From assembly GCA_963752505.1 (NCBI GenBank), contig CAVVYM010000003.1, positions 158,223 to 222,222 of the forward strand: a stretch of DNA of 64,000 nt, read 5' to 3'. The translations under genes and the position numbers were made by a program. Shown piece by piece: positions 41,046 through 51,090 of this stretch (positions within the stretch are counted from its first letter, which is position 1; every line of letters begins with the position of its first letter). The notes beneath the pieces were generated by a model. It was not told the DNA's origin. It made no database searches and was given only the letters and a program-made list of their open reading frames with translations. The DNA comes from an uncultured Actinomycetes bacterium (GTDB lineage Bacteria; Actinomycetota; Actinomycetes; S36-B12; UBA10799).

Positions 41046-41330
41046 GTGGCGACTCAGCCTCCCCCAGACCCGCAGCCGACGGAACTCAGCGAACTCGAGC
41101 AGGCCATCTTGGAGTTCGAACGTCAGTGGTGGCGGTACTCGGGGGCCAAGGAGCAGGCGATACGAGACGAGTTCGGGTTGAGCGCCACGAAGTACTACCA
41201 GACGTTGACCCTGCTGTTGAACAAGCGTGCCGCGATGGAGTTCGATCCCCTTCTGGTCAAGCGCCTGCGTCGAGTCCGCTCATCGCGGCAGCGGGCGCGC
41301 ACTGCCCGACGGTTGGGTGTCGAGCCGTAG
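41046..41330 (+). CDS. DUF3263-type small DNA-binding-like protein
   Basis: LSELEQAILEFERQWWRYSGAKEQAIRDEFGLSATKYYQTLTLLL matches my memory of the DUF3263 family. GTG 41046 chosen as start. Confidence 0.6.
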   Translation: MATQPPPDPQPTELSELEQAILEFERQWWRYSGAKEQAIRDEFGLSATKYYQTLTLLLNKRAAMEFDPLLVKRLRRVRSSRQRARTARRLGVEP

Positions 41331-41352
41331 CCCGCGCAATTCCTGCGTCTGT

Positions 41353-42354
41353 TCAACTGGCACGGCGAGAGGCATGGACTGTCGCTGGCGACGGCGTGGT
41401 CGTCAAAGCGGCCCGCACCTTGGCCAGCGGCGGCCGTTCCGCGGTCGCCAGTGGTCGCACCCGCACCTCGTAGCCGTCAGTGCTGCGCTCGAACTGCGCC
41501 AGCACCGGCGAATCGGTGTAGGACTGCGGCACTCCTGGTATGCGACGCATCGCCGTGTCGAGGATCTCTGCGGCCATCACACCGAGGCCGTGGTCGTTGT
41601 GGTGGCGGTGCACTCGAACACCGAGGTCCACCTGCCCGATCGCCTCGAGTCCGAAGCGCTCGTAGGTGTCGACCATGAGGGCGACCTCCACGCCGTAGCC
41701 AAAGGGGAAGGGCATTGATTCGAGCAACGTCCGCCGCCCCGCGTATTCGCCGGCGAGGGGCTGAACGACGGCTGCCAGCTCAGGCCAGAACCTGTTGATG
41801 ATGGGGCGGGCCACCAATTCGGTGACACGCCCACCGCCGGCGGGGACGACGGTTTCGCCAGTGACCAACGGGCGTTCGTAGACCGCTTTGACGAGTTGCA
41901 GTTCGGAGTCCGCTGCAAGCGGGCCCACGAGGGCCGTGACGTAGTCGGAGGTGAAGGACTGCAGGTCGGCGTCGACGAACACCACGATGTCCGAGGTGGT
42001 CGCTGCCAGCCCGCGCCACATGGCCTCGCCTTTGCCCACCACGGGTGGAATGTGACCGAGCACGTCTTCGCGCTGAACCACCCGGGCGCCCGCGGCAGCA
42101 GCCACTTCCGCGGTGGCGTCCGTTGAGCCCGAATCGACGACCACCAGTTCGTCGACGAAGGCCGTAGGGCCGCTGCACAGATCGTCGGCGATGGTAGCGA
42201 CGATGCTCCCCACCGTTGCGGCCTCGTTGAGCGCTGGGAGGACCACCGCGACTGAGAGGCCGGCTGCGCTCACTGCTTCTGCGACTCGGTGACGTGGCCA
42301 CTCGTGAGTACTCCAGGTGTGGCTCGCCAACCATGCTTCCGACGTGGCTTGCAT
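41353..42354 (-). CDS. gpgS: glucosyl-3-phosphoglycerate synthase (GT81)
   Basis: ATG 42354. VVLPALNEAATVG, VVVDSGSTDAT, VFVDADL (DxD), and GGGRVTELVARP are colinear with mycobacterial GpgS. Confidence 0.8.
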   Translation of the reverse strand: MQATSEAWLASHTWSTHEWPRHRVAEAVSAAGLSVAVVLPALNEAATVGSIVATIADDLCSGPTAFVDELVVVDSGSTDATAEVAAAAGARVVQREDVLGHIPPVVGKGEAMWRGLAATTSDIVVFVDADLQSFTSDYVTALVGPLAADSELQLVKAVYERPLVTGETVVPAGGGRVTELVARPIINRFWPELAAVVQPLAGEYAGRRTLLESMPFPFGYGVEVALMVDTYERFGLEAIGQVDLGVRVHRHHNDHGLGVMAAEILDTAMRRIPGVPQSYTDSPVLAQFERSTDGYEVRVRPLATAERPPLAKVRAALTTTPSPATVHASRRAS

Positions 42355-42450
42355 GTTTTCACCATCCTTCGTGGACATTGCCCGACAGGTGGTCCTAGTA
42401 TTGCCCCACGTCGTTACCGTGGCGTTAAGCCAACGACACAACTGAATACA

Positions 42451-42587
42451 GCTCATCCAGAGGGGTTGAGGGAACGGCCCGTAGACACCCCGGCAACCAC
42501 CCACATGCGTCGTGTGAAGAATCCACCCGAGGCCGCGTGGGGAAGGTGCCAAATCCGACCCGCCGATCGCCGGCGGGGCAGATGAGG
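42451..42587 (+). promoter_or_regulatory. SAM-I (S-box) riboswitch
   Basis: P1 CTCATC (42452-42457) pairs with GATGAG (42581-42586). Core elements in order: CAGAG, GAGGGA, GGCCC, GGCAACC, GGTGCCAAATCC, and a P4 hairpin CCCGCCG...CGGCGGG. The 3' strand of P1 overlaps the SD GAGGAG of the downstream gene. Confidence 0.8.
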
Positions 42588-42605
42588 AGAAAGGCCTCTT
42601 CTTCC

Positions 42606-43871
42606 ATGACTGTTGTGACGTCAAGTACCTGTACCCCCTTCGGCAACGCTGAAGGCCTGACGTGCCGCGAGTGCGGTGCTGCCTACGACCTCGGCGCCGC
42701 CTACGCGTGTGCTGAATGCTTCGGCCCGTTGGAAGTCGCCTACGACTTCTCCAGAGTCACGCGTGAAGCCATCTCAGCAGGTCCGTCGAGCTTGTGGCGA
42801 TACGCCGGCCTGCTGCCGGTGCCCGAGGATGCGCTGCACGCGCCCAACCTCAACCCTGGCTGGACCCGCCTGCATTCAGCCGACCGGTTGGCGGCGGAGT
42901 TGGGTATGCGCAAGCTCTGGGTCAAAGACGACTCGGGCAACCCCACCCACTCGTTCAAGGACCGGGTGGTCGCCGTGGCCCAGGCTGCGGCCCGAGGGCT
43001 GGGTCTGACCACCCTGGCATGCGCCTCGACGGGCAACCTGGCGCACGCAGTGGCAGCCGCAGCAGCGCGGGCTGGCATGGGCTCGGTGGTCGTGATTCCC
43101 TCGAATCTGGAGGCGGGAAAGACCGTCACCACGGCCACCTACGGTGGCTTGCTGCTGGCAGTCGAGGGCACCTACGACGACGTCAACCGACTGTGCTCGG
43201 AGCTGATCGGCGAGTCGATCACCGACGGTTGGGGATTCGTGAACGTGAACCTGCGGCCCTACTACGCGGAGGGCTCCAAGACCGTCGGCTACGAGATCGC
43301 CGAACAGTTGGGGTGGCGTCTGCCCCAGCAGGTGGTGGCGCCCGTTGCCAGTGGATCCCTGCTCACCAAGGTAGACAAGGCGTGGCGGGAGTTGTCGAGC
43401 CTGGGCTTCGTGGCCGACTCCGACTACCGGGTCTTCGGCGCGCAGGCCGGCGGTTGTTCACCGGTGGCGCAGGCGTTCGACGCCGGCTGGGATGTGGTGC
43501 GCCCGGTGAAGCCCGACACCATCGCCAAGTCGCTCGCTATCGGGAACCCGGCGGATGGGCCCTATGCGCTCGATGCCGTGCGCCGCACGGACGGCGCCGT
43601 CGCGGCTGTCTCCGATGAGGAGATCGTGGCTGGCATTCGCTTGCTCGCTCGCACCGAGGGTGTCTTTGCCGAAACCGCCGGTGGTGTCGTGGTTGCCACG
43701 CTGAAGCGCCTGCTTGCGCAAGGGAAGCTTGACCCCGACGCCGAAACGGTGATCCTGAACACCGGCGACGGGCTCAAGACCCTCGATGCGGTGCTCCCAT
43801 ACGGTCAGCCCACCGCGGTGATTGAACCCGATGCTGATGCTGTGGTCGAACTTTTGACCCACGTACCGTAA
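42606..43871 (+). CDS. thrC: threonine synthase-family PLP enzyme with an N-terminal zinc ribbon
   Basis: CRECG...CAECFG, the PLP lysine motif HSFKDR, and ASTGNLA. 421 aa. The symbol is provisional because the SAM riboswitch suggests a methionine-pathway role. Confidence 0.8.
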   Translation: MTVVTSSTCTPFGNAEGLTCRECGAAYDLGAAYACAECFGPLEVAYDFSRVTREAISAGPSSLWRYAGLLPVPEDALHAPNLNPGWTRLHSADRLAAELGMRKLWVKDDSGNPTHSFKDRVVAVAQAAARGLGLTTLACASTGNLAHAVAAAAARAGMGSVVVIPSNLEAGKTVTTATYGGLLLAVEGTYDDVNRLCSELIGESITDGWGFVNVNLRPYYAEGSKTVGYEIAEQLGWRLPQQVVAPVASGSLLTKVDKAWRELSSLGFVADSDYRVFGAQAGGCSPVAQAFDAGWDVVRPVKPDTIAKSLAIGNPADGPYALDAVRRTDGAVAAVSDEEIVAGIRLLARTEGVFAETAGGVVVATLKRLLAQGKLDPDAETVILNTGDGLKTLDAVLPYGQPTAVIEPDADAVVELLTHVP

Positions 43872-43930
43872 GGTTGAGCACAGGAGCGGCGCTCGCCTCT
43901 CTTGTTCCCAACAGCAAAGGCATTATCGCA

Positions 43931-44146
43931 ATGAGCAACGACCCCGTCCAGGGTGTAGTCAAGTGGTTCAACTCCGAGAAGGGCTACGGTTTCCTCTCGG
44001 TCGACGGCCAAGACCGCGACGTTTTTGTCCACTACAGCGCCATCGACATGGACGGCTACAAGAGCCTCGATGAGGACCAGCGCGTCGAGTTCCGTATTGT
44101 CAGCGGCCCGAAGGGCCCGCAGGCGGAGTCCGTGCGTCTCGTCTGA
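43931..44146 (+). CDS. cspA: cold-shock protein
   Basis: [15 protein letters not shown] (RNP1) and VFVHYS (RNP2). 71 aa. Confidence 0.9.
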   Translation: MSNDPVQGVVKWFNSEKGYGFLSVDGQDRDVFVHYSAIDMDGYKSLDEDQRVEFRIVSGPKGPQAESVRLV

Positions 44147-44160
44147 TTCATCCGCACACA

Positions 44161-44195
44161 CAACGGCCGGCGCCCCCGCAGGGGGAGCCGGCCGT
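44161..44195 (+). terminator. intrinsic terminator-like hairpin after cspA
   Basis: AACGGCCGGC-G-CCCCC-GCA-GGGGG-A-GCCGGCCGTT, followed by a T-containing tract (ggctttgg). Confidence 0.65.
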
Positions 44196-44228
44196 TGGCT
44201 TTGGTTGGCCATGAATTAGACCCCGCTG

Positions 44229-44255
44229 CTTGCACTCTCGGGGGGAGAGTGCCAA
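44229..44255 (+). promoter_or_regulatory. CIRCE-like HrcA operator 1
   Basis: cTTGCACTC-N9-GAGTGCcAA versus the consensus TTAGCACTC-N9-GAGTGCTAA. Confidence 0.7.
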
Positions 44256-44263
44256 CATAGGCG

Positions 44264-44290
44264 TTAGCACTCGATGCCGACGAGTGACAA
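44264..44290 (+). promoter_or_regulatory. CIRCE-like HrcA operator 2
   Basis: TTAGCACTC-N9-GAGTGaCAA, 137 nt upstream of groEL. Confidence 0.7.
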
Positions 44291-44381
44291 CTCTCGGTTC
44301 GAGTCAGACTTCACCGTCGAGGCTTGCGCCAACTGAGAAGGGCTCAGGGACGCGCCTGCCGTTCGTCGCGGACGGCGGTGA

Positions 44382-46061
<1,680 letters not shown>

Positions 46062-46093
46062 GTTCGCCGGAGTTCACGCACGCGAAACTCGAA

Positions 46094-46122
46094 GGCCCCA
46101 CTCTCGCGAAGAGGGTGGGGCC
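46094..46122. terminator. hairpin between convergent groEL and 46166..46582
   Basis: GGCCCCACTCT-cgcgaa-GAGGGTGGGGCC, an imperfect stem. Could serve both strands. Confidence 0.5.
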
Positions 46123-46165
46123 TTCGGGCGTCTCTTGGGTGCCGCCCAGTGCCGCGGCGGCCGAC

Positions 46166-46582
46166 TCAGCCCTCGAGGTACTCAAGCCGTGCGAGCATGA
46201 TCGTGGCACTGCGGTGTATCTGACGTGTCCAGTTGGCTGCGTCGTAGGACGAGGCACCGGTCAGCAGGCTCTCCAGCCCTAGGAGCACGCCTCGGTCGGA
46301 GCGCAGTGCATCCCGCAGGCCGGAGTCTGCAGTCTGCTTCTCGCGGTCGCGCACCCACGGCAGGAAGTCGGCCCGGAGCCACGCGGCCAGGCGTGCCGCC
46401 TCGCGTGCTGCGGCGTCACCTTCGGCGACCGCATCGAGCACCTCGGCGGTGAGCCGGTTGAGTATGGCCTGATGGGCCTGTCTGGACATCGCCACCAGCA
46501 CCGGATCCGTGTGGAAAACCGGTATCGGTCGGTCCTGTCCCACTTCCGCTCCGCCGTTGGCGGCCACGTGCGCCTCGTCCAC
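46166..46582 (-). CDS. hypothetical protein
   Basis: 138-aa ORF with helical, Ala/Leu/Arg-rich composition. The real start may be the internal MSRQAH. No family recognised. Confidence 0.45.
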   Translation of the reverse strand: MDEAHVAANGGAEVGQDRPIPVFHTDPVLVAMSRQAHQAILNRLTAEVLDAVAEGDAAAREAARLAAWLRADFLPWVRDREKQTADSGLRDALRSDRGVLLGLESLLTGASSYDAANWTRQIHRSATIMLARLEYLEG

Positions 46583-46764
46583 GATGCACCTTCCGATGAC
46601 TTCAGCCCATCAGGCACGTGCGTGCGGACCACCCGCGTGCCCACTTCCGACCATATGCCTATCCCCGGGCAAAAGCGACATCCGTGGCCCGTTCGGGGGA
46701 TGGGTTGCTACGTCAACGGATGGGGTGGCAGTTGCGGCTAGGATCGGCCCAGGTCGGACGGTCC

Positions 46765-47268
46765 ATGTCGAAAGGCGCTGCAATGACGCAAGACGAGGGC
46801 AATTGGACGTTGGCGAACACGTCGACGATCTCGCTGAAGACCTCCCGCATCGGTTTTCTCAGCGTGCACGCCCACGCGCCGGTGATTGCTGGCAGTGTGC
46901 GGATCGCCGACGGCGATGTGTCCCTGGAGCTGGTGGTCGCGATCAACCAGGTGTCCACCGGCAATCCACTGCTGGACCCAGAGGTCCATGCGCTGGTGAA
47001 TTCGGGTTCGGACGGCACCCTTCGATTCAAGGGCACCGGCGCCAGCCTGGCGGTCGTCACCGGCCACGCGGCGGCAGGCAACGTCAAAGTGCCGCTCGAA
47101 CTCGCTGCGCAGCCCCAGGACAGCGGCGGGGATCTGCCGCTTCAACTCAAGGGCAAGACGACCTTCCGCAATATCCACTTGCCGTTGCCGGGCATGGGTC
47201 ACATCAGCCACGTCGACGTCGACATCGACGGCCTCGTCACCCTGATGCGTGCAACGGCCAACTCCTAG
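46765..47268 (+). CDS. YceI-like domain protein
   Basis: From ATG 46765. The beta-rich pattern (WTLANTSTISLKT...FLSVHAHAPVIAGSVRI...) resembles the YceI lipid-binding fold. Assignment is from memory. Confidence 0.6.
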   Translation: MSKGAAMTQDEGNWTLANTSTISLKTSRIGFLSVHAHAPVIAGSVRIADGDVSLELVVAINQVSTGNPLLDPEVHALVNSGSDGTLRFKGTGASLAVVTGHAAAGNVKVPLELAAQPQDSGGDLPLQLKGKTTFRNIHLPLPGMGHISHVDVDIDGLVTLMRATANS

Positions 47269-47339
47269 CCGACGATCACCGACGCGGCCGCGAAGAGCCT
47301 GCGGCCGCCGCGGCCGGTTGCCGGGGGTTGGGAAGGTGG

Positions 47340-47723
47340 TTAGAGCACGTCCAGGTTGTCCGCCACCGCGCGCAGCAGTTTCGCGTTCTGCCGGCACTTG
47401 GCGTCGTCGGGGTAGCGTCCCTTGCGCAGATCGTTCGAGAGGCGGTCGAGCATCCGGATGAGGTCCTCCACCATGGGCGCCACCTGGTCAGCCGGAATCC
47501 GGGTAGCTTTGGTCACGCTCGGTGCAGGATCGAGAACTCGCACCGAAAGCGCCTGGGCGCCCTTGCGCCCCTCGACGATGCCGAACTCCACCCGGCTGCC
47601 CTGGCGCAGCACAACTCCAGGAGACAGCGCGCTGGCGTGGACGAAGACCTCTTCGCCCTCGTCGGAGGCAATGAATCCGAAGCCCTTGTCGATGTCGAAG
47701 AACTTCACTTTGCCGGTCGGCAC
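47340..47723 (-). CDS. cold-shock-domain protein with a ~60-aa C-terminal extension (CspB-like)
   Basis: GKVKFFDIDKGFGFI and VFVHAS motifs. 127 aa, like the long mycobacterial Csp. Confidence 0.85.
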   Translation of the reverse strand: MPTGKVKFFDIDKGFGFIASDEGEEVFVHASALSPGVVLRQGSRVEFGIVEGRKGAQALSVRVLDPAPSVTKATRIPADQVAPMVEDLIRMLDRLSNDLRKGRYPDDAKCRQNAKLLRAVADNLDVL

Positions 47724-47853
47724 TGTTCAACCCTCTCTTTGAAGCAGGTGTGACGTGTTCGTGAGCACATCAGCGGTAGCGCACCACTTTAGCGTGAGCA
47801 CGGTTGTGGCAGACACGCGCCGCGGCTGCCGACCCGGTGTCTAGAGTGGGGAC

Positions 47854-48132
47854 ATGGCTTCCGTGCCCACCGGTGATTCGCCCCGGACCGTCGATGCTGC
47901 GGAACCAGCCCGCGCCGGTGAGCGGCTCGTTCGCGTTGGCGGCCTCATCGCAGCGGTGGGGGCAGTCGCCACGCTCGTAGCCCTGTTGCCGCTCGTGGTG
48001 CGGTCCTTCGAGCCGCCGTCCTGGCTGTGGTTCGTGGCCATCGGTGGGGTGGGCGTGGGCGTCGGGCTCAGCCTGTGGGGCATGGTGCGCGCTGCGCGGG
48101 CACGCAGCCGCTACGTGCGCGACGCGCCGTAG
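47854..48132 (+). CDS. small hypothetical membrane protein
   Basis: 92 aa with two hydrophobic segments. Only composition supports it. Confidence 0.4.
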   Translation: MASVPTGDSPRTVDAAEPARAGERLVRVGGLIAAVGAVATLVALLPLVVRSFEPPSWLWFVAIGGVGVGVGLSLWGMVRAARARSRYVRDAP

Positions 48133-48152
48133 TCGCGCAAACGGTGCAGACC

Positions 48153-49025
48153 CTAGTGCTGCACGGTCAGCAACTCGTTCATGCTGCCCGAGCGGAAGCC
48201 CAGCGAATCCACCTCCACTGAGGCGAAGCCGACCTGCTGCAGTACTTCGCGCACCGCCGGATCGCGCGTCACCGTGGGCACTAGTTCGCGGTCGACCTCA
48301 ACCCGCGCGGCGTCGTCGCCGAGGTCGCGGACGCGAAGGTTCACCACGGCCAGCGCCCGGTCCGCAAACAATGCGCGCAGCGACGCCTCCGCCGCCTGTA
48401 CCCGCTGGAGCCCAGCGGCTGACACGGGCACTCCATAGGCGATGCGCGAGGCCAGGCATGCCTGTGCTGGCTTGTCCCAGGTGGTCAGCCCCAGGTGCTT
48501 CGAGAGGTGCCGCACAGCTGTCTTGCTCAATTCGGCGAGCGGCGTCACCGCACCCAATCGGCGCGCGGCGGCGATGCCCGGGCGGAAGTCGGATCGGAGG
48601 TCGTCCGCATTGGTGCCGGTCATCACCACGACGCTAGCGGCTGGCACGGCGCATGCCTGCGACGCGCTGCGTCCCACCACGTCGATCACCTCCGACTTGC
48701 AGTGGAAGCACCGCGCCGGCGAGTTGGCCGCATACCCGGGGCTGGCCAGTTCTTCGCTGGCCGGCAGCACGTGGCGAACCCCCAGCGCGGCGGCGAAGGC
48801 TTGCGCCTGGGCGAGTTCCTCTGCTGCCAACGAGGGACTCACAGCGGTGATGGCAACCACTCGAGAGTTACCCAGCGCTCGGCAGGCCAGGGCCAGGAGG
48901 AAGGCGCTGTCGGCGCCGCCGGAGAACGCCACGGCAGCGATCTGGCCCGTACCGACCAACGCGCGCACCTGCTGCTCCAAAGTGGGCAGGACTTCAGCCG
49001 GGCTCAGCTCATCATGTGTTGCCAC
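48153..49025 (-). CDS. PP-loop ATP pyrophosphatase, LarE-like sulfur transferase family
   Basis: AFSGGADSAF (SGGxDS PP-loop), a conserved Cys region ARCFHCK, and GTNADD. Confidence 0.75.
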   Translation of the reverse strand: MATHDELSPAEVLPTLEQQVRALVGTGQIAAVAFSGGADSAFLLALACRALGNSRVVAITAVSPSLAAEELAQAQAFAAALGVRHVLPASEELASPGYAANSPARCFHCKSEVIDVVGRSASQACAVPAASVVVMTGTNADDLRSDFRPGIAAARRLGAVTPLAELSKTAVRHLSKHLGLTTWDKPAQACLASRIAYGVPVSAAGLQRVQAAEASLRALFADRALAVVNLRVRDLGDDAARVEVDRELVPTVTRDPAVREVLQQVGFASVEVDSLGFRSGSMNELLTVQH

Positions 49026-49086
49026 CAGGACAGCCTAGGAACACCACAGGCTGCCGCGCTACCTCACCTCGCGTAGCGTTGGTCCG

Positions 49087-51090
49087 ATGACCACCTCACC
49101 GCGCAACCGCAGTTTGGCCGATGATTTCCGTCGGCGAGACGCTGCTGCCCTGTCTGCGATGATGCTCGACCGGGTCGATTTGGCGTGGCCCACCCCTGAT
49201 TCGCTCACTGATGTGGCTGCCCGCGCCGCCAGTTCGGCAAGCGTGCGCATGGCCTTGCATCGGCTGGACCGCCGGACGCTCGCCGTGGCCTGGGGCGTGG
49301 CGGTGTCGGGCACGACTGAGGCACGCCTGGTCGCGCAGTCCCTCGGGGCGCCCGCGGAGCCGGACGACGATTGGCTCAGCTTCGTCGAGTCGGCGTTGCT
49401 GGAGTTGTATCGGCTCGGCCTGGTGTGGCGCGATGCGAGCACCTATCGGCCGGTGCGCTCCCTTGCAGATGTGGCACCGGTGGTGATCGCCGATCCGCGG
49501 CCCGTGATCCTAGATCCCGTGGCCGTGCAAACCGGCAAGGAGTACACCCCGGAGTTGGTGGACCGCTTCGCCGGTCAGCAAGGGCTCGCTGCGGTGCACA
49601 GCGTCCGCGAACTGCTGCGCGGCCTCGAATCGGAGCCGCTGGGCTTGACCAGGGAGGGCACGGTTGCTATTCGCGAGCTATCGGCCCGTGCCGCGCAGAT
49701 GGGTGTGAGCGACGCTACCGCCGCGATGTGGCTGGAACTCGGTTGGCTCGCTGGACTGCTCGGGCCGTCGCAGGACGGGGCTGAGGTGCTGCCGACGATG
49801 GCCGGGGAAATCTGGCGCACCTCGCCGGCGTCCGCGGCCTGGCCGGTACTGGCGCAGGCATGGTGGTGTGCCGACCGTGATTGGTCGAGTTTCGACCGCG
49901 ACACCGGCGTGCGCCCCTACGTTTTCGGCGATTCGCACGTATCCACCCTGGTGTCGGCGCTGCGTCGTCAGTGGGCGAACCTGGCCGATCAGGCTGGCTC
50001 GTCTCCGGTCCGCAACGCCGATGAGGTGCTCTGTGATCAGCGCCCGTTGACCGATCCGCTCCGACTGGCCGAACTCATCGACGCCGTATGCGCCGAAGCC
50101 GAGGCGCTGGGCATCACCGGGCGTGGGGCGTTGTCGTCGATGGGCCGGGCGCTGCTGGTAGCTGCCACTCCGCTGGACCCGGATGATCCGCAACCGGAGA
50201 ACGCGCTGGTCGAGGTGGCAACACCGATGCTGCCAGCCGAGATCGACACCATCGTGGTGCAGGGCGACCTCACGATTGTGGCTCCTGGCCCGCTGGTGCC
50301 GCAGATGGCCGCTGCAATCGGCGCGTTCGCCAGCATCGAATCAACCGGAGGCGCCTCGGTCTACCGGCTCAGCGTGGCGTCGGTGGAGGAGGCCCTCGAC
50401 CGCGGTTGGCAGGCCGAGCAGATCCTCGCCTTGCTGCGTGACCATTCGCAGGTGCCGATTCCGCAGCCCGTGGAGTACCTGATCACCGACACAGCGGCCC
50501 GGCACGGTCGGATTCGAGTGGGGTCCGCGGGTGGCTTCGTGCGGACCGAGGACTCGGCGTCGATGGAACTGGTGCTCACCGCGCTGACCAAATCGGGGCT
50601 GCCGGCGACCCGGATCACCGACACCGTCGCAGTGTCGACAGTGTCGCCGCAGCGACTCTTGGCGGCGATCCGGGCAGCCGGCGTGGCCGCCACGACGTTC
50701 GGCGCGTCGGGCGATAGCGATGCTGAACCCCAACCCCGGGTAGCGCCCGCACCGCGACCGCCGGCACCGGTGGCCGGTCCCGATCCGGTGCGCGTGACGG
50801 CGCTGGCGGCCATGCTGACGGCGGTGGCGACGCCCGAGCAGAGCCACGAACTACCACCGGCACCGGAAATCCCGAGGATGCACTCCGCGCAGGTGCAGGC
50901 TGCCTTGGCCGCCGCACTGGTGGCCGGCGATCGCATGTGGCTGAGGTACGCCGACAATGCCGGCGTGGACCGGGTGTATCTGATTCAACCCCTGCACCTG
51001 GCAGGTGGCGTGTGTGAAGGTTTCGACCTCAGCCGGTCTCGGCCGCGCCGGTTCGCAGTTTCCCGAGTAGTTGGAGTGGTGCAGGCATGA
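49087..51090 (+). CDS. conserved XPB-associated protein (helicase-associated, function unknown)
   Basis: 667 aa. Its stop overlaps the XPB start (ATGA at 51087-51090). This is the same arrangement I recall upstream of mycobacterial XPB. Confidence 0.7.
   Translation: MTTSPRNRSLADDFRRRDAAALSAMMLDRVDLAWPTPDSLTDVAARAASSASVRMALHRLDRRTLAVAWGVAVSGTTEARLVAQSLGAPAEPDDDWLSFVESALLELYRLGLVWRDASTYRPVRSLADVAPVVIADPRPVILDPVAVQTGKEYTPELVDRFAGQQGLAAVHSVRELLRGLESEPLGLTREGTVAIRELSARAAQMGVSDATAAMWLELGWLAGLLGPSQDGAEVLPTMAGEIWRTSPASAAWPVLAQAWWCADRDWSSFDRDTGVRPYVFGDSHVSTLVSALRRQWANLADQAGSSPVRNADEVLCDQRPLTDPLRLAELIDAVCAEAEALGITGRGALSSMGRALLVAATPLDPDDPQPENALVEVATPMLPAEIDTIVVQGDLTIVAPGPLVPQMAAAIGAFASIESTGGASVYRLSVASVEEALDRGWQAEQILALLRDHSQVPIPQPVEYLITDTAARHGRIRVGSAGGFVRTEDSASMELVLTALTKSGLPATRITDTVAVSTVSPQRLLAAIRAAGVAATTFGASGDSDAEPQPRVAPAPRPPAPVAGPDPVRVTALAAMLTAVATPEQSHELPPAPEIPRMHSAQVQAALAAALVAGDRMWLRYADNAGVDRVYLIQPLHLAGGVCEGFDLSRSRPRRFAVSRVVGVVQA

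Noticed and set aside
46509-47753. 414-aa plus-strand ORF
   Set aside because: Arg/Pro/Gly-rich. It overlaps the YceI-like gene out of frame and is antisense to the cold-shock-domain gene, which has unmistakable RNP motifs.
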